A stretch of 34,792 bases of DNA from a virus (lineage: Duplodnaviria; Caudoviricetes). The number at the start of each line of letters is the position of its first letter. Positions within the stretch are counted from its first letter, which is position 1. The stretch spans positions 1 through 34,792 of IMG/VR virus record IMGVR_UViG_3300025676_000811. One strand, given 5' to 3'. The position numbers and the translations under genes were made by a program. The notes beneath the pieces are model-generated. The model did not search any database. It was given only the letters and a program-made list of their open reading frames with translations, and was not told where the DNA came from. Shown piece after piece: positions 8,790 through 17,825 of the stretch.

Positions 8790-9187
8790 GAGTAGGGATA
8801 GTCGGTAGTAGAAAATATGAAAACCGAAGAAAGATTAAGGAATTTATATTTAAATTAAAAACCGAGAAAGGACCAGATACTATTATAGTTAGTGGTGGGT
8901 GTAAAACAGGCGCTGATTATTACGCTAAAAAATATGCTTTAGAATTGGGAATGCAGTATCAAGAGTTTCCACCACAACATGAAAATTGGAATTTATATTG
9001 CCCAAAGAATCAAAAGGATTATGGTAGACCATATAGTGTGAAAAACTTTTTTGCTCGTAATAAAATAATTGCTATCTATTCAGAATATGTCGTGGCATTC
9101 ATACCAAGAGGAGTTGAATCAAAGGGTTCTATGTCCACGATAAATTATGCTAAGAAATTTGGAAAAAAAACACTCGTTATCGATTGA
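8771..9187 (+). CDS. SLOG superfamily protein (DprA/YspA/DUF2493-like)
   Basis: GIVGSR, IVSGGCxTGAD, FFARNKIIA, and SKGSMSTINYA. Confidence 0.8.
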   Translation: MGKDTLRVGIVGSRKYENRRKIKEFIFKLKTEKGPDTIIVSGGCKTGADYYAKKYALELGMQYQEFPPQHENWNLYCPKNQKDYGRPYSVKNFFARNKIIAIYSEYVVAFIPRGVESKGSMSTINYAKKFGKKTLVID

Positions 9188-9192
9188 AGTTT

Positions 9193-9213
9193 TATATTTA
9201 TGTATATACAAAA
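9193..9213. promoter_or_regulatory. 21-bp element, copy 1 (TATATTTATGTATATACAAAA) with palindrome TGTATATACA; candidate promoter/operator
   Basis: Intergenic; identical to 24763-24783; palindrome ends 14 nt before ATG 9225. Confidence 0.65.
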
Positions 9214-9224
9214 GTGGTAAGGTT

Positions 9225-9422
9225 ATGAAGCATGAAACAAAATTAACATCCGTTAAAATAATAAAAACACTATACGAGCAATTTAAATTCAAAACTGTTA
9301 ATTCTTCAATGAATTTACAGAAATTAGTCAATAGATCAGTTCATCAATATTTAAATAATGTTGTAGTTAAAGAACAAATAGAAAACTATGATAAACTATA
9401 TGCAAGTGGGAGTCGATTTTAA
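9225..9422 (+). CDS. Small ribbon-helix-helix-like DNA-binding protein
   Basis: 65 aa from ATG 9225 (the ORF-track start at 9147 overlaps the upstream gene). LTSVKI strand, then helix LYEQFK, then helix MNLQKLVNRSVHQYL, as in CopG/Arc-type proteins. Confidence 0.6.
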   Translation: MKHETKLTSVKIIKTLYEQFKFKTVNSSMNLQKLVNRSVHQYLNNVVVKEQIENYDKLYASGSRF

Positions 9423-9661
9423 TGAATTATCGAGAAGATTTAATTAAAGTTAGTGAGTTGTATTTTAATGCTCAAATTGAAAAACATAAAATCAATGTGG
9501 AAAATTTACTTGAAAACCAAGTAGGGGTAGCAGAACATCCAGATATAGTAGAGACTATTGAAAAGGAATTACAAGTTATTGCTAACTATGATGAAAAATT
9601 AAATGTATTACAAAAATACTTTAAAGGTAATACAGGATCTAAAGAGGTTTTAAATGGCTAA
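9422..9661 (+). CDS. Hypothetical helical protein
   Basis: 79 aa ORF coupled to both neighbours; helix-VGVAEHPD-helix pattern. Confidence 0.7.
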   Translation: MNYREDLIKVSELYFNAQIEKHKINVENLLENQVGVAEHPDIVETIEKELQVIANYDEKLNVLQKYFKGNTGSKEVLNG

Positions 9662-11012
9662 AAAGAAAATTCTATTAATGTCCGATGATTTACGGATGCA
9701 TAGTGGTGTCGCTACCGTGTCTAAAGATATAGTTATGGAAACACTAAATGAATATGATTGGGTTCAAATGGGTGGAGCAATCAAACATCCTGAGTCAGGT
9801 AAGGTTGTTGATATGTCCGAAGGTCTTGACGAGTTTGGGATTAAAGATGGGTATTTGAAAATTTATCCCGTTGATGGTTATGGAAATGAAGATTTATTAC
9901 GAGAAGTACTTGCAGTAGAGAAACCCGATGCTATTCTTCACTATACGGATCCACGTTTTTGGATTTGGTTCTATAATATGGAAGCTGAAATAAGACGTAA
10001 TATTCCAATTTTCTATTATAACATTTGGGATGATTTACCAGATCCACAATACAATACGAATTATTATAAAAGTAGTGATTTATTAATGGGAATATCTAAA
10101 CAAACTTATGGAATCAATAATCGTCTGTTGCCTGAATATGAGGATTGGCAAACTACATTTGTACCACATGGCATATCACCTCGTAGATTTAATAAGGTTC
10201 AAGATGATGATATAAAATTAATAGAATTTGATGAAAAGTTTGGAATATCGGATAAAAAGTATAAAATACTCTACAGCAATAGAAATATTCGTAGAAAACA
10301 ACCGAATGATGTATTATTGGCTTATAAATACTTTATGGATGGATTAACACAAGAACAACGAGATGAATGTGTATTGATATTTCATTGCCAACCCGTAGAT
10401 GATAACGGAACAGATTTACCAAGAGTTCATAAACATTTATGTCCTGATTATGATATTTGTTTCACTTATGATAAAGGTGGACCGATGGGTGATATGGGAA
10501 TGAATTTGCTTTTCAATACAAGTGATGTATATATTAATTTAGCATCCAATGAGGGGTTTGGGTTAGGTAGTGCTGAAGCCCTTACGGTAGGAACACCAAT
10601 TATCGTTAATGTAACGGGTGGACTACAAGACCAATGTGGATTCCGAGATGATGATGGGGAGTTATTAACTGCTGAAGATTATATTGAGCTCGGTACTAAC
10701 CATAGAGGTAAATACAAGACTCATGGTGAGTGGGTAAAGCCAGTTTATCCAGCTTCAATATCACTACAGGGTTCACCGATGACACCTTATATTTGGGATG
10801 ATAGATGTAATCCTGAAGATGCTGCTGTAAGTCTACGTGAATTTTATGATTTAGATAGGAAAGAAAGAAAACGACTTGGTAACCTGGGTGCTGAGTTCTG
10901 TAAAGAAAATCAAATGACAAGTCAAGAGATGGGTAAGAACTTTATCAATTCAATGAACGGTGCTTTTGATAATTGGAAACCTAAAAAACGTTACACGATG
11001 GGGAAAGTATGA
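9654..11012 (+). CDS. Glycosyltransferase, GT-B fold (GT4-like)
   Basis: KILLMSDD...SGVA N-terminus, NRNIRRKQ, and NEGFGLGSAEA (EX7E motif). Confidence 0.9.
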   Translation: MAKKKILLMSDDLRMHSGVATVSKDIVMETLNEYDWVQMGGAIKHPESGKVVDMSEGLDEFGIKDGYLKIYPVDGYGNEDLLREVLAVEKPDAILHYTDPRFWIWFYNMEAEIRRNIPIFYYNIWDDLPDPQYNTNYYKSSDLLMGISKQTYGINNRLLPEYEDWQTTFVPHGISPRRFNKVQDDDIKLIEFDEKFGISDKKYKILYSNRNIRRKQPNDVLLAYKYFMDGLTQEQRDECVLIFHCQPVDDNGTDLPRVHKHLCPDYDICFTYDKGGPMGDMGMNLLFNTSDVYINLASNEGFGLGSAEALTVGTPIIVNVTGGLQDQCGFRDDDGELLTAEDYIELGTNHRGKYKTHGEWVKPVYPASISLQGSPMTPYIWDDRCNPEDAAVSLREFYDLDRKERKRLGNLGAEFCKENQMTSQEMGKNFINSMNGAFDNWKPKKRYTMGKV

Positions 11013-12370
11013 AGAAATTTGTTTTAATGATTGCACCATTCAATACTCGTAGTGGTTATGGAGATCACGCAAGGTCAATATTTTATTCCATAATGGATAG
11101 AGATGATTTAGATATTAAATGTATTGATGTCAAATGGGGTAGTACTCCAAGAAATCATTTAAATCCTGAAGTTCCACGGCATAAAAAACTCTTGGGTACG
11201 TTCATTGATGGGAATAACATTAAAGAACAACCTGACGTATTGATTGATATTAGAATACCAAATGAATTCTCAAATGGGGCAAAATTCAATATTGGAATTA
11301 CGGCTGGAGTTGAAACTGATATAGTTTCTCCTGAGTTTTTGGCTGGTATGAATAAAATGGACTTGAATATAGTACCATCTAATTTTACAGCACAAACATT
11401 TCAAAAATGTAATTACGATAAGATGGAAGAGAAACCTGATGGTTCAAAACAAAAAGTAGCTCAAATTAAGTTAGAGAAACCAATTGAAGTATTGTTTGAG
11501 GGCGTTGATACATCCGTATATTATCCAATGGATAGGCATGAACTAAAATCAGAATTTACAGACGAATTAAATGACTTAATTAAAGAAGATATGGCTTATC
11601 TTCATGTAGGTCAATGGGGTAAAGGTAAGTATGGAGAAGATAGGAAAAATATACCATTGATGATTAAATGTTTCTTACAGGCATTTGCAAATAAACCCAA
11701 ATCACCTGCATTAGTATTGAAAACAAGTGGTGCTAATTTTTCTGTTTTGGATAAAGCTGAACTTGTTAAAAATATTAATCAAATTAAAGATGAATTTTCA
11801 CAAATAGATAACGTACCAAATATTTATTTAATACATGGTGATTTGACTATTGAAGAGATGTCTTTATTATATAATAACCCTAAGATAAAAGCCTTTTTAA
11901 CTTGTACACATGGAGAGGGTTATGGTAGACCAATGGCTGAGGCTACGTGTTGTGACTTACCGGTCATCGCTTCTAATTGGAGTGGTCATTTGGATTTCCT
12001 AAGTGATTCAGAATCATTACTGATTAATGGTAGTTTAACTGAAGTTCCAGACTCTATGATATGGGAGCCAATTATTGTTAAACCATCAAAGTGGTTTAGT
12101 GTCAATGAAGCTGATGTAGTTAGAAAATTGAGAATGTTTTATAAAAAACAAGGATTAATAACCAAGAAGGCAAAACGATTAGGTAAGAAAAATAGACGAG
12201 AATTTTCATTAAAGGCTATGGCAAATAAATTTAATAAAACACTTGATAATGTTTTAACTCACATACCACAACCAGTTAGTTTGAAATTACCTAAGTTGAA
12301 AAAGATAGGTAATGACACACCAAGTCAACCAGCAAAGATAAAACTACCTAAATTAAAGAAGATAACGTGA
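11009..12370 (+). CDS. Glycosyltransferase, GT-B fold (GT4-like), with duplicated basic C-terminal motif
   Basis: TRSGYG, DRKN, GEGYGRPMAEA (EX7E motif); tail QPxxxKLPKLKKI present twice. Confidence 0.9.
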   Translation: MKKFVLMIAPFNTRSGYGDHARSIFYSIMDRDDLDIKCIDVKWGSTPRNHLNPEVPRHKKLLGTFIDGNNIKEQPDVLIDIRIPNEFSNGAKFNIGITAGVETDIVSPEFLAGMNKMDLNIVPSNFTAQTFQKCNYDKMEEKPDGSKQKVAQIKLEKPIEVLFEGVDTSVYYPMDRHELKSEFTDELNDLIKEDMAYLHVGQWGKGKYGEDRKNIPLMIKCFLQAFANKPKSPALVLKTSGANFSVLDKAELVKNINQIKDEFSQIDNVPNIYLIHGDLTIEEMSLLYNNPKIKAFLTCTHGEGYGRPMAEATCCDLPVIASNWSGHLDFLSDSESLLINGSLTEVPDSMIWEPIIVKPSKWFSVNEADVVRKLRMFYKKQGLITKKAKRLGKKNRREFSLKAMANKFNKTLDNVLTHIPQPVSLKLPKLKKIGNDTPSQPAKIKLPKLKKIT

Positions 12371-12771
12371 TGAATCCCATGACTTTGCGGGTAACTTGCC
12401 CCTGTTGTTTGTTAGATGATATTGATATTGATGATTCGTTAGTATTGCTTGGTGATGATGAACAGAATATGCAATGTTTACATTGTGGTTTTGCTTCAAA
12501 TAGAGCAATGAAATCGCATATTGATGATAATCCATTTCCACAAGAGTTTAAAGACGTGTGTAGGAATTTAAGTGATAGGTGGTGGGCACCATCAGTTTTT
12601 ACTACTGAAAATTACATGGTAGTTCCGTTGGTGGAAAAGAAAGTATTGAAGTGGAGATTATTTGCTCAAACTGATCCAGAAACCGAAGTCTTAGTTCCGC
12701 ATTTTAGTGATGCGTACAAAATGGTAGAAAAATTGGAGAAAACACTTGGCGACCAGATACAACAATCGTAA
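12367..12771 (+). CDS. Hypothetical protein with N-terminal zinc ribbon
   Basis: CPCC...CLHCGF. Confidence 0.6.
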   Translation: MMNPMTLRVTCPCCLLDDIDIDDSLVLLGDDEQNMQCLHCGFASNRAMKSHIDDNPFPQEFKDVCRNLSDRWWAPSVFTTENYMVVPLVEKKVLKWRLFAQTDPETEVLVPHFSDAYKMVEKLEKTLGDQIQQS

Positions 12772-13216
12772 GATAATTCTATCAGAACAAACATTACCTA
12801 TTGGTAAGATATTACCTGGTATGATTGTGACGTTTAATTATTCGGAATCAGGTGTTAAGGATCCAAGACCTGTTTTATTATTCTTACATCGTGATAAAGA
12901 AACTAACTTACTAGAGGGTTTGAATATTAATTATATTAATGCAAGTAAGGTGAAAAAACTATTTAAAGTTATTGATATGAAAAAAACTGAAGTGGATGAA
13001 AGGGAAAATCTAATATCATTAAAGGAAGAGTATTTTAGGATACAAATAGCTAACCCAAAGAAACGTTCTGCTATGACTACCAAAAGATTTTATTCAGATA
13101 TCGTTAGTGCTGATAATGTATTTAAACAAGCATATCGTAGTTACAAAACAACTAAGTTGACAGCACTAAAGGTTACGAATATTAAATTAAACATGGTTGG
13201 CATTAGTGAAGATTAG
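12746..13216 (+). CDS. Possible T4 gp2-like DNA end-protector family protein
   Basis: ILPGMIVTFNY...DPRPVLLFL...LEGLNINYI...YRSYK resembles the gp2 pattern PG..Y.F.Y/D..PL/GLNLHY/..Y as recalled; remote similarity only. Confidence 0.45.
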   Translation: MATRYNNRKIILSEQTLPIGKILPGMIVTFNYSESGVKDPRPVLLFLHRDKETNLLEGLNINYINASKVKKLFKVIDMKKTEVDERENLISLKEEYFRIQIANPKKRSAMTTKRFYSDIVSADNVFKQAYRSYKTTKLTALKVTNIKLNMVGISED

Positions 13217-13829
13217 TTATTCCATATTAACTCATAACGAAACGAATTCATTAGAGAAGTTACTAAAGTTCTTAATCAAGTGGAAACAACCTGAAGATGA
13301 GATTGTAATACTTGATGATTATTCTGATGATAAAAAAACAAAACAATTATTAGATTTCTATGTATCTGCACACGATATAGTATTTGAACAACGAAATCTA
13401 TTGGGTGATTTTGCTTCACAGAAGAATCATTTAAAAAGTATGTGTAGTGGAGATTATAGTTTTAACCTTGATGCTGATGAGATGATAAGTCTTTGGTTGA
13501 TAAAAAACATACATAGTATTGTTGAAGAGAACGAAATTGATTTAATTTACTTACCAAGAATAAATACAGTAGAGGGTTTAACTGAACAACATGCTAAATA
13601 TTGGCATTGGAATGTTAATGATGATGGTTGGGTTAATTTTCCTGATTGGCAAGGTCGAGTATTTCGCAATAGACCAAATATAAAATGGGAAAAACCAGTT
13701 CATGAGATGTTGATTGGGTTTCAAACATATTCACATTTACCTACGGAAAAACCTTTTTGTATATTACATCATAAGACGATTGAAAAACAAGAACAACAAA
13801 ATGAAAAATATGCTGGGATTATGAGATGA
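13206..13829 (+). CDS. Glycosyltransferase family 2
   Basis: KISYSILTHNE, ILDDYSDD, FASQKN, LDADE (DxD motif), VHE; GTG start at 13206 preferred. Confidence 0.88.
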   Translation: MKISYSILTHNETNSLEKLLKFLIKWKQPEDEIVILDDYSDDKKTKQLLDFYVSAHDIVFEQRNLLGDFASQKNHLKSMCSGDYSFNLDADEMISLWLIKNIHSIVEENEIDLIYLPRINTVEGLTEQHAKYWHWNVNDDGWVNFPDWQGRVFRNRPNIKWEKPVHEMLIGFQTYSHLPTEKPFCILHHKTIEKQEQQNEKYAGIMR

Positions 13830-14020
13830 AATATAAAAATAAAGATGGTATAGAGTTATCGTATGAAGGTCACGAAAATGATTCTAGTGTTCAATTAATA
13901 AAAGAAGTATTGCAAGAAGTTATTGTGTTGGGGGATAAAGAAATTTACACAAAATATCCAAGACAAGGTTGGATTAAGGTAAAAGAATTTATAAATGAGA
14001 ATTTTTCTTTAGATGATTAA
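13826..14020 (+). CDS. Small hypothetical protein
   Basis: 64 aa; ATGA overlap upstream and overlap with the downstream gene. Confidence 0.55.
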   Translation: MKYKNKDGIELSYEGHENDSSVQLIKEVLQEVIVLGDKEIYTKYPRQGWIKVKEFINENFSLDD

Positions 14021-15041
14021 AATAAAAATACAAAATCCAACGGTTGGTCGAAATGAACCTACGTTTAGGCCATTTGGTATTATACAAGATATTTTAAGAG
14101 ATTATAGTATTGAATTAACGGATTCTGATGATTTTGATTATCTATTTATTGGAATGCATGACTTTATTGATAAGAAAAAATCTCTTCAAGAAAGTATTGA
14201 TTATGGATTAGATAATTTATCTAAAATTACTGGTGATTATTTTCTATTCGAGGGTTCAGATTCGACTTCATTGATGGGGGGGTTTGAAGTATTTGAACAA
14301 AGTGATGCTACTTATCTATTCAAAAATCAAATGTTACCATCTCAAGATGCTTATAAAGTTCCCTATGCTCATAATAAATGGTTTTGGGGTAGCGGTAGTG
14401 ATTTAGATTTATCATATGATATTTCCGATGATATGTGGAAAAGAATAAAATTTACAGGTTGGAATGTCGGGCAACTTGTTCCAAATTATAGAAATTTTCA
14501 ACCAATAAAACAAGACAAAAGTATTGATGTCTGTGCTATATTCAGAGGTAATCATGATTATAATGAAGATCATAAATCACAGAATAGTCACCTTTATACT
14601 GAACATAGAGGGGGGTTATGGAAAGTTTTAGAACCCTTAAAATCTAAATATAATATGATATATGATAGATTACCATTTGAAGAATATATTAAAAATCTAA
14701 TGGATTCTAAAATATCATTTTCGCCATTTGGTATGGGCGAGATATGTTTCAGAGATTTTGAATGTATGCAGTATGGAACTATAATGATAAAACCTAATCA
14801 AGATTTAGTTAAAACTATACCAGATATATATGAACCAGGTAAAACATATATTGATGTAAAGTATGATTGGTCGGACTTAGAAGAAAAAATTGATTATATA
14901 TTATCAAATTTTGATGAATTAAATGTTGAGATAAATGAAAATATTAGAAAAAAGTTTATGGGCGGGTATGATTATCGTAAGCTTTGTTTGTATTGGTATG
15001 ATATTTTTAAAAATTTAAGTGGAGTAGAGCAGATATCATGA
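14013..15041 (+). CDS. Putative glycosyltransferase (GT-B-like C-terminal domain)
   Basis: YIKNLMDSKISFSPFGMGEICFRDFE...MIKP...DWSDLEEKI pattern seen in GT-B/exostosin-like domains. Confidence 0.65.
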   Translation: MIKIKIQNPTVGRNEPTFRPFGIIQDILRDYSIELTDSDDFDYLFIGMHDFIDKKKSLQESIDYGLDNLSKITGDYFLFEGSDSTSLMGGFEVFEQSDATYLFKNQMLPSQDAYKVPYAHNKWFWGSGSDLDLSYDISDDMWKRIKFTGWNVGQLVPNYRNFQPIKQDKSIDVCAIFRGNHDYNEDHKSQNSHLYTEHRGGLWKVLEPLKSKYNMIYDRLPFEEYIKNLMDSKISFSPFGMGEICFRDFECMQYGTIMIKPNQDLVKTIPDIYEPGKTYIDVKYDWSDLEEKIDYILSNFDELNVEINENIRKKFMGGYDYRKLCLYWYDIFKNLSGVEQIS

Positions 15042-15961
15042 AAATATTAGTTACAGGCGGAGCGGGTTTTGTTGGTTCACATTTAGTTAATAGATTTTAT
15101 AATAAAAATTACGAAGTAGTAGTATTTGATTCTTTGGGACATACATCTTGTATTGATAGATTGTGTTCTGTAAATATTCCTATAATTATAGAACGCTTAC
15201 AGACTAAAGAAGTGTGGGATAAATTAGATACTGATTTTGATTTGATTATAAATTCAGCTGCTGAAACACATGTTGATGAATCATTTGAAAGACCAGTTGA
15301 TTTTATAGATACAAACATATTAGGTTTACATTATCTTAGTAAATACTGCTCTGATACTAATACACCTTTAATACATTTAAGTACAGATGAGGTTATTGGA
15401 AATGGAGAGCCGTTATATGAAGATTCAATGACTTTACCTACTAATCCATACTCTGCAACTAAAGCTGGTGGTGAATCTATTTTACATGCTTATGGTTATT
15501 GTTATGGGTTAGATTGGAAAGTTGTTAGATTAAATAATACATATGGGACAATGCAATTTCCTGATAAATTAATACCTTATTTTATTAGTAAGTTACAAGA
15601 TAATAAAAAATTACCAATACATGGTTCTGGTAAACAAGTTAGATTTTTTTTAAACGTAGATGATTTTGTAGATGCCGTTGAAGTCGTTATGGATAAAGGT
15701 GTGAATAAAAATATTTACAATGTATCTACGGATGAATCCTATAATGTATTGGAAGTTACAAAAATGATTTGTGATAATATGGGAAAGGATTTTAATGATT
15801 GTGTTGAGTATGTGGATGATAGGTTATTTCAAGATCCAATTTATCTATCAAATAGTGATAAGTTACGTGATATTGGATGGATGCCAAAACGTTTTCTAAA
15901 AGAAACTATGCCAGAGTTAATAGATTGGTATACGACCAATGGGGATTTTTTTAATAAATGA
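15038..15961 (+). CDS. rmlB: dTDP-glucose 4,6-dehydratase (RmlB/RfbB-like)
   Basis: GGAGFVG, AAETHVD, STDEV, PYSATKA, NNTYG...QFPDKLIP. Confidence 0.85.
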   Translation: MKILVTGGAGFVGSHLVNRFYNKNYEVVVFDSLGHTSCIDRLCSVNIPIIIERLQTKEVWDKLDTDFDLIINSAAETHVDESFERPVDFIDTNILGLHYLSKYCSDTNTPLIHLSTDEVIGNGEPLYEDSMTLPTNPYSATKAGGESILHAYGYCYGLDWKVVRLNNTYGTMQFPDKLIPYFISKLQDNKKLPIHGSGKQVRFFLNVDDFVDAVEVVMDKGVNKNIYNVSTDESYNVLEVTKMICDNMGKDFNDCVEYVDDRLFQDPIYLSNSDKLRDIGWMPKRFLKETMPELIDWYTTNGDFFNK

Positions 15962-17814
15962 AAACATATATAATAGCCGAAATAGGAATTAACCATAATG
16001 GTAAACTATCAACCGCTTTGCAACTAATAGAAAAAGCAAAGGAATGTAAAGTTGATGCGGTAAAGTTTCAGAAGAGGGATTTAAATGAGATTTATTCGGA
16101 TAAAATATTGAATGATCCTAATAGCGCGGAGTGGAACTTTGAATATTTAATACCGCTGTTAAAAGAGATAGAGTTAAATAATGATGACTATTTGGTCATA
16201 AAAGATAAGTGTGATGAGTTATCGTTAGATTTGATTATAACTCCATTTGATAAGATATCAGCTGATTTCGTTGGAAACCTTGGGGTGTCTAAATTTAAGA
16301 TATCGTCTGCTGATATGACTAATTTTGAATTGATAGATAAGTGTAATTCGTATGGATTACCATTAATAATTTCTACTGGTATGTGGGAGTATAAGGATAT
16401 AAAAAAGTGTGTTTCATATTATAAAAAGAATAATGTAGATTTCTCTTTATTGTTAGCTAACTCTACTTATCCAACACCATATGAAGAAATATCTTTGAAG
16501 TTTATTGATAAGTTAAAGAAGTTAACTAAAAGAGTAGGTTATTCTGGACATGAACGTGGAACTTTTATTCCCATAGCTGCTGTATCTTTAGGTGCGTCAA
16601 TAATTGAAAAACATATTACGTTAGATAGGAATCAAACTGGTCCAGACCATGTAGCATCTTTATTACCATCGGAGTTCAAAACTATGGTTTCTGATATAAG
16701 AAATTTGGAAAATTCTCTTGGTAGTGAAAAGAGAGTTAACCAAGCAGAAACTTTAAATAAAGAAGTGTTTGCGAAATCAACAGTATCTACTATTGACTTA
16801 CATATAAATCATAAACTATCCAAGAGAGATGTGGAGTTTAAGTCCCCGGGAAAGGGTATTTTTCCACACGAAATAGATAAATTTTATGGTAAGAAATTAA
16901 AGAGAGAAGTTAAGAAAGGTGATTATATTTCTATAACTGATTTCAAAAAATTGTTAGAATTAAAAGATTGGCGTCAATTTAACTTTTCAAAAAGATGGGG
17001 AGTCAAGTGTAGATTTCATGACTATGAAGATTATAAAACTTTAAATGCTCCAGTTATGGAGTTTCATTTATCTGAGTCTGATTTAGACATCGATTTTAGT
17101 GAAAGAAATGACAACTCTGAATTAATAATACACGCTCCTGAGATAATAGGTAGAAGAATTTTTGATTTATGTTCAATTGACCCTGATATTTTAAATCCAA
17201 GTTTTGATATTTTAAGAAAAACAATCGACAAGACACTTGAAATCTCTAAGAATTGGAAAAAAGCTAAACCAAAATTAGTAGTCCATTTGGGAGGTATGTC
17301 TTTATATAAAGTAGAACCATATCATATGGTTTTGCAAAATAAAATGGAAAGAGTGATAGATAACTTTAAGAAGATAGATTACTCACCAGATGATATAGAA
17401 ATTATACCTGAAAACTTACCTTCAAGGCCGTGGTACTTGGGTGGTGAATGGCATCAATATAGTTTTGCTCCAGTAGATGATATGATAACATTTTGTGAAT
17501 ATTTTAATCTTAAAATGACATATGATATTTGTCATGCTAAATTATATTGTAATGATTATGGTGTTGATTTATTGGATTATACTAAATCTATTAAAAATTA
17601 TATTTCTCATTTACATATATCAGATGCACTTGGAGTAAATGCAGAAGGTTTACAAATAGGAACTGGTGAAATAGATTTTAAGTCCGTGTTTAATATTATA
17701 TCAGATATAGATTATTCTTGGGTTACTGAAGTTTGGAGTGGTCATTTACATAATGGTCAAGGTACGTATGATGGTATATGTTGTTTAGAAGATAAGTTTG
17801 CAAAGTATCTATAG
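15958..17814 (+). CDS. neuB: Nonulosonic acid (sialic acid) synthase, NeuB + SAF domains, fused to a C-terminal xylose-isomerase/AP-endonuclease-2-like TIM barrel
   Basis: IIAEIGINHNG, VKFQKR, GYSGHE, IEKHITLDR, GPDH, KSPGKG (SAF); C-terminal ~280 aa with PENLP, YDICHA, HLHISDA, GEIDF, TEVW. Confidence 0.9.
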   Translation: MKTYIIAEIGINHNGKLSTALQLIEKAKECKVDAVKFQKRDLNEIYSDKILNDPNSAEWNFEYLIPLLKEIELNNDDYLVIKDKCDELSLDLIITPFDKISADFVGNLGVSKFKISSADMTNFELIDKCNSYGLPLIISTGMWEYKDIKKCVSYYKKNNVDFSLLLANSTYPTPYEEISLKFIDKLKKLTKRVGYSGHERGTFIPIAAVSLGASIIEKHITLDRNQTGPDHVASLLPSEFKTMVSDIRNLENSLGSEKRVNQAETLNKEVFAKSTVSTIDLHINHKLSKRDVEFKSPGKGIFPHEIDKFYGKKLKREVKKGDYISITDFKKLLELKDWRQFNFSKRWGVKCRFHDYEDYKTLNAPVMEFHLSESDLDIDFSERNDNSELIIHAPEIIGRRIFDLCSIDPDILNPSFDILRKTIDKTLEISKNWKKAKPKLVVHLGGMSLYKVEPYHMVLQNKMERVIDNFKKIDYSPDDIEIIPENLPSRPWYLGGEWHQYSFAPVDDMITFCEYFNLKMTYDICHAKLYCNDYGVDLLDYTKSIKNYISHLHISDALGVNAEGLQIGTGEIDFKSVFNIISDIDYSWVTEVWSGHLHNGQGTYDGICCLEDKFAKYL

Positions 17815-17825
17815 GAGAATATATT

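Noticed and set aside
9147-9224. Track starts at 9147, 23808 and 27627
   Set aside because: Each overlaps the upstream gene or a regulatory element; downstream ATGs at 9225, 23832 and 27708 fit SD position or paralogue alignment better.
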